Assembly: GCA_002189035.1 (NCBI GenBank)
Contig: NEEC01000061.1
Span: forward strand, 17,576-81,575
From: Utricularia gibba
Taxonomy: Eukaryota > Plantae > Magnoliophyta
Length of the DNA: 64,000 nt
Direction of reading: 5' to 3'
The notes below the pieces were generated by a model that saw only the letters and a list, made by a program, of their open reading frames with translations, made no database searches and was not told the origin of the DNA. This document shows, in pieces, positions 39,801-54,800 of the stretch. Positions within the stretch are counted from its first letter, which is position 1; the number at the start of each line of letters is the position of its first letter. The translations under genes were made by a program, and so were the position numbers.

Positions 39801-42800
39801 TCATTCTGAGACGTCAGTTCGCCCATCCGAGGAAAGTTCGAAGCTCGAAGGATGGCCTTATATTAGCCTTCAATGGTGTCACAAAATGGTCTAGCCATTG
39901 GGGACATGCGACTCCTTTGCTCGTTTTTATGCGAAAATATTGCGATGATTCGTTAATATATGTCAAAATCTTGAATTTCGCGGCATTCTCATGCGTTTCC
40001 GAATTCCTACACCAAGGGGTGGCCTCGCGCAGCCTTCGCCATTGACGCCACATCGTCCAAACCGTTTAGAGTCACGCGACACACAGCATACCGTTTCGAA
40101 GCTCATTCTGAGACGATCGTTTTTCGTGTTGGGAGTTCGCCCATCCGAGGAAAGTTCGAAGCTCGACGGATGGCCCTATTAAGCCTTGAATGGTGTCACA
40201 AAATGGCCTAGCCATTGGGGACGTTGCGACTCCTTTGCTCGTTTTTATGCGAAAATTGTTCTCGGATTGCGAAACACGCGTGATTCGTTAATATATGTCA
40301 AAATCTTGAATTTCGCGGCATTCTCATGCGTTTCTCCGAGTGTGCTCGGCCCTGGGAATTCCTACATTAAGGGTGGCCTCGCGCAGCCTTCGCCATTGAC
40401 GCCACATCGTCCAAACCGTTTAGAGTCACGCGACACACAGCATACCGTTTCGAAGCTCATTCCGAGACGGTCGTTTTTCGTGTTGGGAGCTTGCCCATCC
40501 GAGGAAAGTTCGAAGCTCGAAGGATGGCCTTATATAAGCCTTCAATGGTGTCAAAATGGTCTAGCCATTGGGGACGTTGCGACTCCTTTGCTCGTTTTTA
40601 TGCGAAAATTAATCTCGGCTTGCGAAACACGCGTGATTCGTTAATATATGTCAAAATCTTGAATTTCGCGGCATTCTCATGCGTTTCTCGAGTGTGCTCG
40701 GGCCCGGGAATTCCTACACCAAGGGGTGGCCTCGCGCAGCCTTCGCCATTGACGCCACATCGTCCAAACCGTTTAGAGTCACGCGACACACAGCATACCG
40801 TTTCGAAGCTCATTCCGAGACGATCGTTTTTCGTGTTGGGAGTTCGCCCATCCGAGGAAAGTTCGAAGCTCGACGGATGGCCCTATATAAGCCTTGAATG
40901 GTGTCACAAAATGGCCTAGCCATTGGGGACGTTGCGACTCCTTTGCTCGTTTTTATGCGAAAATTAATTCTCTTGCGAAACACGCGTGATTCGTTAATAT
41001 ATGTCAAAATCTTGAATTTCGCGGCATTCTCATGCGTTTCTCCGAGTGTGCTCGGGCCCTGGAATTCCTACATTAAGGGGTGGCCTCGCGCAGCCTTCGC
41101 CATTGACGCCACATCGTCCAAACCGTTTAGAGTCACGCGACACACAGCATACCGTTTCGAAGCTCATTCTGAGACGGTCGTTTTTCGTGTTGGAGTTCGC
41201 CCATCCGAGGAAAGTTCGAAGCTCGAAGGATGGCCTTATATAGCCTTGAATGGTGTCACAAAATGGTAGCCATTGGGGAGCGACTCCTTTGCTCGTTTTT
41301 ATGCGAAAATGGGGAAACACGCGTGATTCGCAAAATCTTGAATTTCTCGCTCGGCCACGCGACACACAGCATACCGTTTCGAAGCTCATGAGACGGAGTC
41401 GCATTCTCATGAGGAAAGTTCCTTCTTGACGAGACCACATCTTCGATTAGCCTTCAGAGTCAATGCGAAAATTTTCTCGGAAGCGTGATTCGCGAATTTC
41501 GCGGGACTCGAGAGCCTTCGCCATTGTCGTTTTTCGTTTTTATGAGCGAATCCGAGGAAAGTTCGAAGCTCGAAGGATGGCCTCTTCGGCTTTCAACATG
41601 TCATGATTCGTTAATATATGTCAAAATCTTGAATTTCGCGGCATTCTCATGCGTTTCTCCGGGTGTGCTCGGGCCCTGGGATTCCTACACCAAGGGGTGG
41701 CCTCGCGCAGCCTTCGCCATTGACGCCACATCGTCCAAACCGTTTAGAGTCACGCGACACACAGCATACCGTTTCGAAGCTCATTCTGAGACGATCGTTT
41801 TTCGTGTTGGGAGTTCGCCCATCCGAGGAAAGTTCGAAGCTCGACGGATGGCCCTATATATAGCCTTGAATGGTGTCACAAAATGGCCTAGCCATTGGGG
41901 ACGTTGCGACTCCTTTGCTCGTTTTTATGCGAAAAATTTTCTCGCGAAACACGCGTGATTCGTTAATATATGTCAAAATCTTGAATTTCGCGGCATTCTC
42001 ATGCGTTTCTCCGAGTGTGCTCGGGCCCTGGGAATTCCTACACCAAGGGTGGCCTCGCGCAGCCTTCGCCATTGACGCCAATCGTCCAAACCGTTTAGAG
42101 TCACGCGACACACAGCATACCGTTTCGAAGCTCATTCGAGACGGTCGTTTTTCGTGTTGGGAGTTGCCCATCCGAGGAAAGTTCGAAGCTCGAAGGATGG
42201 CCTATATTAGCCTTTGGTGTCAAAATGGTCTAGCCATTGGGGACATCGACTCCTTTGCTCGTTTTTATGCGAAAATTCTCGGATTGCGAAAACACGCGTG
42301 ATTCGTTAATATATGTCAAAATCTTGAATTTCGCGGCATTCTCATGCGTTTCTCCGAGTGTGCTCGGCCCTGGGAATTCCTACATTAAGGGGTGGCCTCG
42401 CGCAGCCTTCGCCATTGACGCCACATCGTCCAAACCGTTTAGAGTCACGCGACACACAGCATACCGTTTCGAAGCTCATTCCGAGACGTCGTTTTTCGTG
42501 TTGGGGCCCATCCGAGGAAAGTTCGAAGCTCGAAGGATGGCCTTATTAGCCTTCAATGGTTCAAAAATGGTCTAGCCATTGGGGACATGCGACTCCTTTG
42601 CTCGTTTTTATGCGAAAATTATCTCGGATTGCGAAACACGCGTGATTCGTTAATATATGTCAAAATCTTGAATTTCGCGGCATTCTCATGCGTTTCTAGT
42701 GTGCTCGGGCCCTGGGATTCCTACACCAAGGGGTGGCCTCGCGCAGCCTTCGCCATTGACCCACATCGTCCAAACCGTTTAGAGTCACGCGACACAGCAT

Positions 42801-45800
42801 ACCGTTTCGAAGCTCATTCTGAGACGGTCGTTTTTCGTGTTGGAGTTCGCCCATCCGAGGAAAGTTCGAAGCTCGACGGATGGCCCTATATAAGCCTTGA
42901 ATGGTGTCACAAAATGGCCTAGCCATTGGGGACGTTGCGACTCTTTGCTCGTTTTTATGCGAAAAAATCTCGGCTTGCGAAACACGCGTGATTCGTTAAT
43001 ATATGTCAAAATCTTGAATTTCGCGGCATTCTCATGCGTTTCTCCGAGTGTGCTCGGGCCCTGGGAATTCCTACATTAAGGGGTGGCCTCGCGCAGCCTT
43101 CGCATTGACGCCACATCGTCCAAACCGTTTAGAGTCACGCGACACAAGCATGTTTCGAAGCTCATTCTTCGTTTTTCGTGTTGGGAGCTTGCCCATCCGA
43201 GGAAAGTTCGAAGCTCGAAGGATGGCCTATATTAGCCTTCAATGGTGTCAAAATGGTCTAGCCATTGGGGACATTGCGACTCCTTTGCTCGTTTTTATGC
43301 GAAAACTAATCTCGGCTTGCGAAACACGCGTGATTCGTTAATATATGTCAAAATCTTGAATTTCGCGGCATTCTCATGCGTTTCTAGTGTGCTCGGGCCC
43401 TGGGAATTCCTACATTAAGGGGTGGCCTCGCGCAGCCTTCGCCATTGACGCCACATCGTCCAAACCGTTTAGAGTCACGCGACACAAAGCATACCGTTTC
43501 GAAGCTCATTCTGAGACGATCGTTTTTCGTGTTGGGAGTTCGCCCATCCGAGGAAAGTTCGAAGCTCGACGGATGGCCCTATATAAGCCTTGAATGGTGT
43601 CACAAAATGGCCTAGCCATTGGGGACGTTGCGACTCCTTTGCTCGTTTTTATGCGAAAATTGTTCTCGGATTGCGAAACACGCGTGATTCGTTAATATAT
43701 GTCAAAATCTTGAATTTCGCGGCATTCTCATGCGTTTCTACGGGTGTGCTCGGGCCCTGGGATTCCTACACCAAGGGGTGGCCTCGCGCAGCCTTCGCCA
43801 TTGACGCCACATCGTCCAAACCGTTTAGAGTCACGCGACACACAGCATACCGTTTCGAAGCTCATTCTGAGACGTCGTTTTTCGTGTTGGGAGTTCGCCC
43901 ATCCGAGGAAAGTTCGAAGCTCGACGGATGGCCCTATATAAGCCTTGAATGGTGTCACAAAATGGCCTAGCCATTGGGGACGTTGGGACTCGTTTGCTCG
44001 TTTTTAATGGCGTGATTCGTTAATATATGTCAAAATCTTGAATTTCGCGGCATTCTCATGCGTTTCTCCGAGTGTGCTCGGGCCCTGGGAATTCCTACAC
44101 CAATTGACGGGTCATGTTTCGAAATGCGAATTTCTTCCCAACGTGAAAAGTGTGTCGGGCATTCTCATAAATTCCTACATTAAGGGGTGGCCTCGCGCAG
44201 CCTTCGCCATTGACGCCACATCGTCCAAACCGTTTAGAGTCACGCGACACACAGCATACCGTTTCGAAGCTCATTCTGAGACGTCGTTTTTCGTGTTGGG
44301 AGCTTGCCCATCCGAGGAAAGTTCGTCGAAGGATGGCCTATATTAGCCTTCAATGGTGTCAAAAATGGTCTAGCCATTGGGGACATGCGACTCCTTTGCT
44401 CGTTTTTATGCGAAAATTCTCGGATTGCGAAACACGCGTGATTCGTTAATATATGTCAAAATCTTGAATTTCGCGGCATTCTCATGCGTTTCCGTGTGCT
44501 CGGGCCCTGGACTTCCTACACCAAGGGTGGCCTCGCGCAGCCTTCGCCATTGACGCCACATCGTCCAAACCGTTTAGAGTCACGCGACACACAGCATACC
44601 GTTTCGAAGCTCATTCTGAGACGATCGTTTTTCGTGTTGGGAGTTCGCCCATCCGAGGAAAGTTCGCTCGACGGATGGGCCTCATGGCGTTTTGCTCCTT
44701 TGCTCGTTTTATGCGAAAATTGTTCTCGGCTTGCGAAACACGCGTGATTCGTTAATATATGTCAAAATCTTGAATTTCGCGGCATTCTCATGCGTTTCTC
44801 CGAGTGTGCTCGGGCCCTGGGAATTCCTACATTAAGGGGTGGCCTCGCGCAGCCTTCGCATTGACGCCACATCGTCCAAACCGTTTAGAGTCACGCGACA
44901 CACAGCATACCGTTTCGAAGCTCATTCTGAGACGGTCGTTTTTCGTGTTGGGAGCTTGCCCATCCGAGGAAAGTTCGAAGCTCGAAGGATGGCCTATATT
45001 AGCCTTCAATGGTGTCACAAAATGGTCTAGCCATTGGGGACATTGCGACTCCTTTGCTCGTTTTTATGCGAAAATTTCTCGGCTTGCGAAACACGCGTGA
45101 TTCGTTAATATATGTCAAAATCTTGAATTTCGCGGCATTCTCATGCGTTTCTAGTGTGCTCGGGCCCTGGGAATTCGGGGTGGCCTCGCGCAGCCTTCGC
45201 CATTGACGCCACATCGTCCAAACCGTTTAGAGTCACGCGACACACAGCATACCGTTTCGAAGCTCATTCTGAGACGTCGTTTTTCGTGTGGGAGTTCGCC
45301 CATCCGAGGAAAGTTCGAAGCTCGAGGATGGCCCTATATAAGCCTTGAATGGTGTCACAAAATGGCCTAGCCATTGGGGACGTTGCGACTGCTCGTTTTT
45401 ATGCGAAAATTTTCTCGGATTGCGAAACACGCGTGATTCGTTAATATATGTCAAAATCTTGAATTTCGCGGCATTCTCATGCGTGGGTGTGCTCGGGCCC
45501 GGGACTTCCTACACCAAGGGGTGGCCTCGCGCAGCCTTCGCCATTGACGCCACATCGTCCAAACCGTTTAGAGTCACGCGACACACAGCATACCGTTTCG
45601 AAGCTCATTCTGAGACGTCGTTTTTCGTGTTGGGAGTTCGCCCATCCGAGGAAAGTTCGAAGCTCGAGGATGGCCCTATATAAGCCTTGAATGGTGTCAC
45701 AAAATGGAGCCATTGGGGACGTTGGACTCTTTGCTCGTTTTTATGCCTCGGCTTGCGAAACACGCGTGATTCGTTAATATATGTCAAAATCGAATTTCGC

Positions 45801-48800
45801 GGCATTCTCATGCGTTTCTCCGAGTGTGCTCGGGCCCTGGGATTCCTACATTAAGGGGTGGCCTCGCGCAGCCTTCGCCATTGACGCCACATCGTCCAAA
45901 CCGTTTAGAGTCACGCGACACACAGCATACCGTTTCGAAGCTCATTCCGAGACGGTCGTTTTTCGTGTTGGAGCTTGCCCATCCGAGGAAAGTTCGAAGC
46001 TCGAAGGATGGCCTATATTAGCCTTCAATGGTGTCAAAATGGTCTAGCCATTGGGGACGTTGCGACTCCTTTGCTCGTTTTTATGCGAAAATTATTCTCG
46101 GATTGCGAAACACGCGTGATTCGTTAATATATGTCAAAATCTTGAATTTCGCGGCATTCTCATGCGTTTCTCCGAGTGTGCTCGGGGCCCTGGGAATTCC
46201 TACATTAAGGGGTGGCCTCGCGCAGCCTTCGCCATTGACGCCACATCGTCCAAACCGTTTAGAGTCACGCGACACACAGCATTCGTTTCGAAGCTCATTC
46301 TGAGACGGTCGTTTTTCGTGTTGGGAGTTGCCCATCCGAGGAAAGTTCGAAGCTCGAAGGATGGCCTATAAGCCTTGAATGGTGTCACAAAATGGTCTAG
46401 CCATTGGGGACGTTCGACTCCTTTGCTCGTTTTTATGCGAAAATTTTCTCGGATTGCGAAAACACGCGTGATTCGTTAATATATGTCAAAATCTTGAATT
46501 TCGCGGCATTCTCATGCGTTTCCGAGTGTGCTCGGGCCCTGGATTCCTACACCAAGGGTGGCCTCGCGCAGCCTTCGCCATTGACGCCACATCGTCCAAA
46601 CCGTTTAGAGTCACGCGACACACAGCATACCGTTTCGAAGCTCATTCTGAGACGATCGTTTTTCGTGTTGGGAGTTCGCCCATCCGAGGAAAGTTCGAAG
46701 CTCGAGGATGGCCCTATATTAGCCTTGAATGGTGTCACAAAATGGCCTAGCCATTGGGGACGTTGCGACTCCTTTGCTCGTTTTTATGCGAAAATTATTC
46801 TCGGATTGCGAAACACGCGTGATTCGTTAATATATGTCAAAATCTTGAATTTCGCGGCATTCTCATGCGTTTCTCCGAGTGTGCTCGGGCCCTGGAATTC
46901 CTACATTAAGGGGTGGCCTCGCGCAGCCTTCGCATTGACGCCACATCGTCCAAACCGTTTAGAGTCACGACACAAAGCATACCGTTTCGAAGCTCATTCG
47001 AGACGGTCGTTTTTCGTGTTGGGAGCTTGCCCATCCGAGGAAAGTTCGAAGCTCGAAGGATGGCCTTATATTAGCCTTCAATGGTCGACAAAAAACTGGT
47101 CTAGCCATTTCGGGGACATTGCGACTCCTTTGCTCGTTTTTATGCGAAAACTTCTCGGCTTTTGCGAATGCGACACGCGTGATTCGTTAATATATGTCAA
47201 AATCTTGAATTTCGCGGCATTCTCATGCGTTTCTCCGAGTGTGCTCGGGCCCTGGGAATTCCTACATTAAGGGGTGGCCTCGCGCAGCCTTCGCATTGAC
47301 GCCACATCGTCCAAACCGTTTAGAGTCACGCGACACATGTCGCAAACGCGTTTAGCCTTCGCTCGCGACACCCATTGGGGACGTTGCGACTCCTTTGCTC
47401 GTTTTTATGCGAAAACGTTTCGAAGTCTCGCGATGAGAATTCCTACATTAAGGGGTGGCCTCGCGCATTCGCCATTGACGCCACATCGTCCAAACCGTTT
47501 AGAGTCACGCGACACACAGCATACCGTTTCGAAGCTCATTCGAGACGTCGTTTTTCGTGTTGGGAGATCCGAGGAAAGTTCGAAGCTCGACGGATGGCCC
47601 TATATAAGCCTTGAATGGTGTCACAAAATGGTCCTTGTTGCGCATGCGAAAATGGGAGCGAAAGTTTCGCTCGACGGATGGTTGCTCGTTTCCTATAAGA
47701 AAATTGTTGTCGGATTGAACGAAACCGCGGGTGACGGTCGTTACATCCTCCTTTGCTCGTTTTTATGCGAAAACTCAAACATCGGAATTTCGCGGCATTC
47801 TCATGCGTTTCTACGGGTGTGCTCGGGCCCTGGGATTCGATTGACGTCAATATATGTCGAAAATCGTTTTTCGAGTTCGCCCATCCGAGGAAAGTTCGAA
47901 GCTCGACGGATGGCCCTATATAAGCCTTGAATGGTGTCACAAAATGGCCTAGCCATTGGGGACGTTGACTCCTTTGCTCGTTTTTATGCGAAAATTGTTC
48001 TCGGATTGCGAAACACGCGTGATTCGTTAATATATGTCAAAATCTTGAATTTCGCGGCATTCTCATGCGTTTCTCCGAGTGTGCTCGGGCCCTGGAATTC
48101 CTACATTAAGGGGGCCTCACGCAGCCTTCGCATTGACGCCACATCTCCAAACCGTTTAGAGTCACGCGACACAAGCATACCGTTTCGAAGCTCATTCTGA
48201 GACGGTCGTTTTTCGTGTTGGGAGCTTGCCCATCCGAGGAAAGTTCGAAGCTCGAAGGATGGCCTTATATTAGCCTTCAATGGTTCAAAAGTGGTCTAGC
48301 CATTGGGGACATTGCGACTCCTTTGCTCGTTTTTATGCGAAAATATCTCGGCTTGCGAAACACGCGTGATTCGTTAATATATGTCAAAATCTTGAATTTC
48401 GCGGCATTCTCATGCGTTTCTCCAGTGTGCTCGGGCCCTGGGAATTCTACATTAAGGGGTGGCCTCGCGCAGCCTTCGCATTGACGCCACATCGTCCAAA
48501 CCGTTTAGAGTCACGCGACACAAAGCATACCGTTTCGAAGCTCATTCTGAGACGATCGTTTTTCGTGTTGGGAGTTCGCCCATCCGAGGAAAGTTCGAAG
48601 CTCGACGGATGGCCCTATATAAGCTTGAATGGTGTCACAAAATGGCCTAGCCATTGGGGACGTTGCGACTCCTTTGCTCGTTTTTATGCGAAAATTGTTC
48701 TCGGATTGCGAAACACGCGTGATTCGTTAATATATGTCAAAATCTTGAATTTCGCGGCATTCTCATGCGTTTCTCGAGTGTGCTCGGGCCCTGGGAATTC

Positions 48801-51800
48801 CTACACCAAGGGGTGGCCTCGCGCAGCCTTCGCCATTGACGCCACATCGTCCAAACCGTTTAGAGTCACGCGACACACAGCATACCGTTTCGAAGCTCAT
48901 TCTGAGACGATCGTTTTTCGTGTTGGGAGTTCGCCCATCCGAGGAAAGTTCGAAGCTCGACGGATGGCCCTATATAAGCCTTGAATGGTGTCACAAAATG
49001 GCCTAGCCATTGGGGACGTTGGGATCGTTTGCTCGTTTTTATGCGAAAACTAATCTCGGCTTGCGAAACACGCGTGATTCGTTAATATATGTCAAAATCT
49101 TGAATTTCGCGGCATTCTCATGCGTTTCTCCGAGTGTGCTCGGGCCCTGGGAATTCCTACATTAAGGGGTGGCCTCGCGCAGCCTTCGCCATTGACGCCA
49201 CATCGTCCAAACCGTTTAGAGTCACGCGACACACAGCATACCGTTTCGAAGCTCATTCTGAGACGGTCGTTTTTCGTGTTGGGAGCTTGCCCATCCGAGG
49301 AAAGTTCGAAGCTCGAAGGATGGCCTTATATTAGCCTTCAATGGTTCACAAAATGGTCTAGCCATTGGGGACATTGCGACTCCTTTGCTCGTTTTTATGC
49401 GAAAATTATTCTCGGATTGCGAAACACGCGTGATTCGTTAATATATGTCAAAATCTTGAATTTCGCGGCATTCTCATGCGTTTCTCCGAGTGTGCTCGGG
49501 CCCTGGGAATTCCTACATTAAGGGGTGGCCTCGCGCAGCCTTCGCAATTGACGCCACATCTTCCAAACCGTTTAGAGTCACGCGGCACACAAGCATACGT
49601 TTCGAAGCTCATTCTGAGACGGTCGTTTTTCGTGTTGGGAGTTGCCCATCCGAGGAAAGTTCGAAGCTCGAAGGATGGCCTTATATTAGCCTTGAATGGT
49701 GTCACAAAAATGGTCTAGCCATTGGGGACATTGCGACTCCTTTGCTCGTTTTTATGCGAAAATTTTTCTCGGATTGCGAAACACGCGTGATTCGTTAATA
49801 TATGTCAAAATCTTGAATTTCGCATCATTCTCATGCGTTTCTCGAGTGTGCTCGGGCCCTGGACTTCCTACACCAAGGGGTGGCCTCGCGCAGCCTTCGC
49901 CATTGACGCCACATCGTCCAAACCGTTTAGAGTCACGCGACACACAGCATACCGTTTCGAAGCTCATTCTGAGACGATCGTTTTTCGTGTTGGGAGTTCG
50001 CCCATCCGAGGAAAGTTCGAAGCTCGACGGATGGCCCTATATAAGCCTTGAATGGTGTCACAAAATGGCCTAGCCATTGGGGACGTTGCGACTCCTTTGC
50101 TCGTTTTTATGCGAAAATTGTTCTCGGATTGCGAAACACGCGTGATTCGTTAATATATGTCAAAATCTTGAATTTCGCGGCATTCTCATGCGTTTCTCGG
50201 GTGTGCTCGGGCCCTGGACTTCCTACACCAAGGGGTGGCCTCGCGCAGCCTTCGCCATTGACGCCACATCGTCCAAACCGTTTAGAGTCACGCGACACAC
50301 AGCATACCGTTTCGAAGCTCATTCTGAGACGATCGTTTTTCGTGTTTCGCCCATCCGAGGAAAGTTCGAAGCTCGAAGGATGGCCCTATATAAGCCTTCA
50401 ATGGTGTCACAAAATGGCCTAGCCATTGGGGACGTTGGGACTCGTTTGCTCGTTTTTATGCGAAAATAATCTCGGCTTGCGAAACGCGTGATTCGTTAAT
50501 ATATGTCAAAATCTTGAATTTCGCGGCATTCTCATGCGTTTCTCCGAGTGTGCTCGGGCCCTGGGAATTCCTACATTAAGGGGTGGCCTCGCGCAGCCTT
50601 CGCCATTGACGCCACATCGTCCAAACCGTTTAGAGTCACGCGACACACAGCATACCGTTTCGAAGCTCATTCTGAGACGATCGTTTTTCGTGTTGGGAGT
50701 TCGCCCATCCGAGGAAAGTTCGAAGCTCGACGGATGGCCCTATATAAGCCTTGAATGGTGTCACAAAATGGCCTAGCCATTGGGGACGTTGGGACTCGTT
50801 TGCTCGTTTTTATGCGAAAACTAATCTCGGCTTGCGAAACACGCGTGATTCGTTAATATATGTCAAAATCTTGAATTTCGCGGCATTCTCATGCGTTTCT
50901 CTCAGTGTGCTCGGGCCCTGGGAATTCCTACATTAAGGGGTGGCCTCGCGCAGCCTTCGCCATTGACGCCACATCGTCCAAACCGTTTAGAGTCACGCGA
51001 CACACAGCATACCGTTTCGAAGCTCATTCTCGTTTTTCGTGTTGGGAGTTCGCCCATCCGAGGAAAGTTCGAAGCTCGACGGATGGCCTATATAAGCCTT
51101 GAATGGTGTCACAAAATGGCCTAGCCATTGGGGACGTTGGGACTCGTTTGCTCGTTTTTATGCGAAAACTAATCTCGGCTTGCGAAACACGCGTGATTCG
51201 TTAATATATGTCAAAATCTTGAATTTCGCGGCATTCTCATGCGTTTCTCCGAGTGTGCTCGGGCCCTGGGAATTCCTACATTAAGGGGTGGCCTCGCGCA
51301 GCCTTCGCCATTGACGCCACATCGTCCAAACCGTTTAGAGTCACGCGACACACAGCATACCGTTTCGAAGCTCATTCCGAGACGGTCGTTTTTCGTGTTG
51401 GGAGTTGCCCATCCGAGGAAAGTTCGAAGCTCGAAGGATGGCCTTATATTAGCCTTCAATGGTTCAAAATGGTCTAGCCATTGGGGACATTGCGACTCCT
51501 TTGCTCGTTTTTATGCGAAAATTATTCTCGGATTGCGAAACACGCGTGATTCGTTAATATATGTCAAAATCTTGAATTTCGCGGCATTCTCATGCGTTTC
51601 TCCGAGTGTGCTCGGGCCCTGGGAATTCCTACATTAAGGGGTGGCCTCGCGCAGCCTTCGCCATTGACGCCACAACTTCCAAACCGTTTAGAGTCACGCG
51701 ACACAAAGCATTTCGTTTCGAAGCTCATTCGAGACGGTCGTTTTTCGTGTTGGGAGCTTGCCCATCCGAGGAAAGTTCGAAGCTCGAAGGATGGCCTTAT

Positions 51801-54800
51801 ATTAGCCTTCAATGTGTCTAGCCATTGGGGACGTTGGGACTCGTTTGCTCGTTTTTATGCGAAAACTAATCTCGGCTTGCGAAACACGCGTGATTCGTTA
51901 ATATATGTCAAAATCTTGAATTTCGCGGCATTCTCATGCGTTTCTCCGAGTGTGCTCGGGCCCTGGAATTCCTACATTAAGGGGTGGCCTCGCGCAGCCT
52001 TCGCCATTGACGCCACATCGTCCAAACCGTTTAGAGTCACGCGACACACAGCATACCGTTTCGAAGCTCATTCTGAGACGATCGTTTTTCGTGTTGGGAG
52101 TTCGCCCATCCGAGGAAGTTCGAAGCTCGAGGATGGCCCTATATAAGCCTTGAATGGTGTCACAAAATGGCCTAGCCATTGGGGACGCGACTCCTTTGCT
52201 CGTTTTTATGCGAAAATTATTCTCGGATTGCGAAACACGCGTGATTCGTTAATATATGTCAAAATCTTGAATTTCGCGGCATTCTCATGCGTTTCTATGG
52301 TGTGCTCGGGCCTGGGACTTCCTACACCAAGGGGTGGCCTCGCGCAGCCTTCGCCATTGACGCCACAACTCCAAACCGTTTAGAGTCACGCACAAAGGTT
52401 TCGAAGCTCATTCTGAGACGGTCGTTTTTCGTGTTGGAGTTCGCCCATCCGAGGAAAGTTCGAAGCTCGACGGATGGCCCTATATAAGCCTTGAATGGTG
52501 TCACAAAATGGCCTAGCCATTGGGGACGTTGGGACTCGTTTGCTCGTTTTTATGCGAAAACTAATCTCGGCTTGCGAAACACGCGTGATTCGTTAATATA
52601 TGTCAAAATCTGAATTTCGCGGCATTCTCATGCGTTTCTCCGAGTGTGCTCGGGCCCTGGGAATTCCTACATTAAGGGGTGGCCTCGCGCAGCCTTCGCC
52701 ATTGACGCCACATCGTCCAAACCGTTTAGAGTCACGCGACACAAAGCATACCGTTTCGAAGCTCATTCCGAGACGTCGTTTTTCGTGTTGGGAGTTCGCC
52801 CATCCGAGGAAAGTTCGAAGCTCGACGGATGGCCCTATATAAGCCTTGAATGGTGTCACAAAATGGCCTAGCCATTGGGGACGTTGCGACTCGTTTGCTC
52901 GTTTTTATGCGAAAACTAATCTCGGCTTGCGAAACACGCGTGATTCGTTAATATATGTCAAAATCTTGAATTTCGCGGCATTCTCATGCGTTTCTCCGAG
53001 TGTGCTCGGGCCCTGGGAATTCCTACATTAAGGGGTGGCCTCGCGCAGCCTTCGCCATTGACGCCACATCGTCCAAACCGTTTAGAGTCACGCGACACAC
53101 AGCATACCGTTTCGAAGCTCATTCTGAGACGATCGTTTTTCGTGTTGGAGTTCGCCCATCCGAGGAAAGTTCGAAGCTCGACGGATGGCCCTATATAAGC
53201 CTTGAATGGTGTCACAAAATGGCCTAGCCATTGGGGACGTTGGACTCGTTTGCTCGTTTTTATGCGAAAACTAATCTCGGCTTGCGAAACACGCGTGATT
53301 CGTTAATATATGTCAAAATCTTGAATTTCGCGCATTCTCATGCGTTTCTCGGGTGTGCTCGGCCCCGGGACTTCCTACACCAAGGGGTGGCCTCGCGCAG
53401 CCTTCGCCATTGACGCCACATCGTCCAAACCGTTTAGAGTCACGCGACACACAGCATACCGTTTCGAAGCTCATTCTGAGACGATCGTTTTTCGTGTTGG
53501 GAGTTCGCCCATCCGAGGAAAGTTCGAAGCTCGACGGATGGCCTATATAAGCCTTGAATGGTGTCACAAAATGGCCTAGCCATTGGGGACGTTGGGACTC
53601 GTTTGCTCGTTTTTATGCGAAAACTAATTCTCGGCTTGCGAAACACGCGTGATTCGTTAATATATGTCAAAATCTTGAATTTCGCGGCATTCTCATGCGT
53701 TTCGTGTGCTCGACTTCCTACACCAAGGGGTGGCCTCGCGCAGCCTTCGCCATTGACGCCACATCGTCCAAACCGTTTAGAGTCACGCGACACACAGCAT
53801 ACCGTTTCGAAGCTCATTCTGAGACGATCGTTTTTCGTGTTGGGAGTTCGCCCATCCGAGGAAAGTTCGAAGCTCGAGGATGGCCCTATATAAGCCTTGA
53901 ATGGTGTCACAAAATGGCCTAGCCATTGGGGACGTTGCGACTCCTTTGCTCGTTTTTATGCGAAAATTCTCGGATTGCGAAACACGCGTGATTCGTTAAT
54001 ATATGTCAAAATCTTGAATTTCGCGGCATTCTCATGCGTTTCTCCGAGTGTGCTCGGGCCCTGGGAATTCCTACATTAAGGGGTGGCCTCGCGCAGCCTT
54101 CGCCATTGACGCCACATCGTCCAAACCGTTTAGAGTCACGCGACACACAGCATACCGTTTCGAAGCTCATTCCGAGACGGTCGTTTTTCGTGTTGGGAGC
54201 TTGCCCATCCGAGGAAAGTTCGAAGCTCGAAGGATGGCCTATATTAGCCTTCAATGGTGTCAAAATGGTCTAGCATTGGGGACACTCCTTTGCTCGTTTT
54301 TATGCGAAAATGGATTGCGAAACACGCGTGATTCGTTAATATATGTCAAAATCTTGAATTTCGCGGCATTCTCATGCGTTTCTCCGAGTGTGCTCGGGCC
54401 CTGGGAATTCCTACATTAAGGGGTGGCCTCGCGCAGCCTTCGCATTGACGCCACATCGTCCAAACCGTTTAGAGTCACGCCACAAAGCATACGTTTCGAA
54501 GCTCATTCGAGACGGTCGTTTTTCGTGTTGGAGATCCGAGGAAAGTTCGAAGCTCGAGGATGGCCTATATTAGCCTTCAATGGTGTCACAAAATGGCCTA
54601 GCCATTGGGGACGTTGGACGCTCGTTTTTATGCGAAAACTAATCTCGGCTTGCGAAACACGCGTGATTCGTTAATATATGTCAAAATCTTGAATTTCGCG
54701 GCATTCTCATGCGTTTCTCCGAGTGTGCTCGGGCCCTGGGAATTCCTACATTAAGGGGTGGCCTCGCGCAGCCTTCGCCATTGACGCCACATCGTCCAAA

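Noticed and set aside
36221-47880. Transposon or foreign insertions in the scrambled patches
   Set aside because: The patches resolve into forward-strand monomer fragments, with no terminal repeats or coding sequence.
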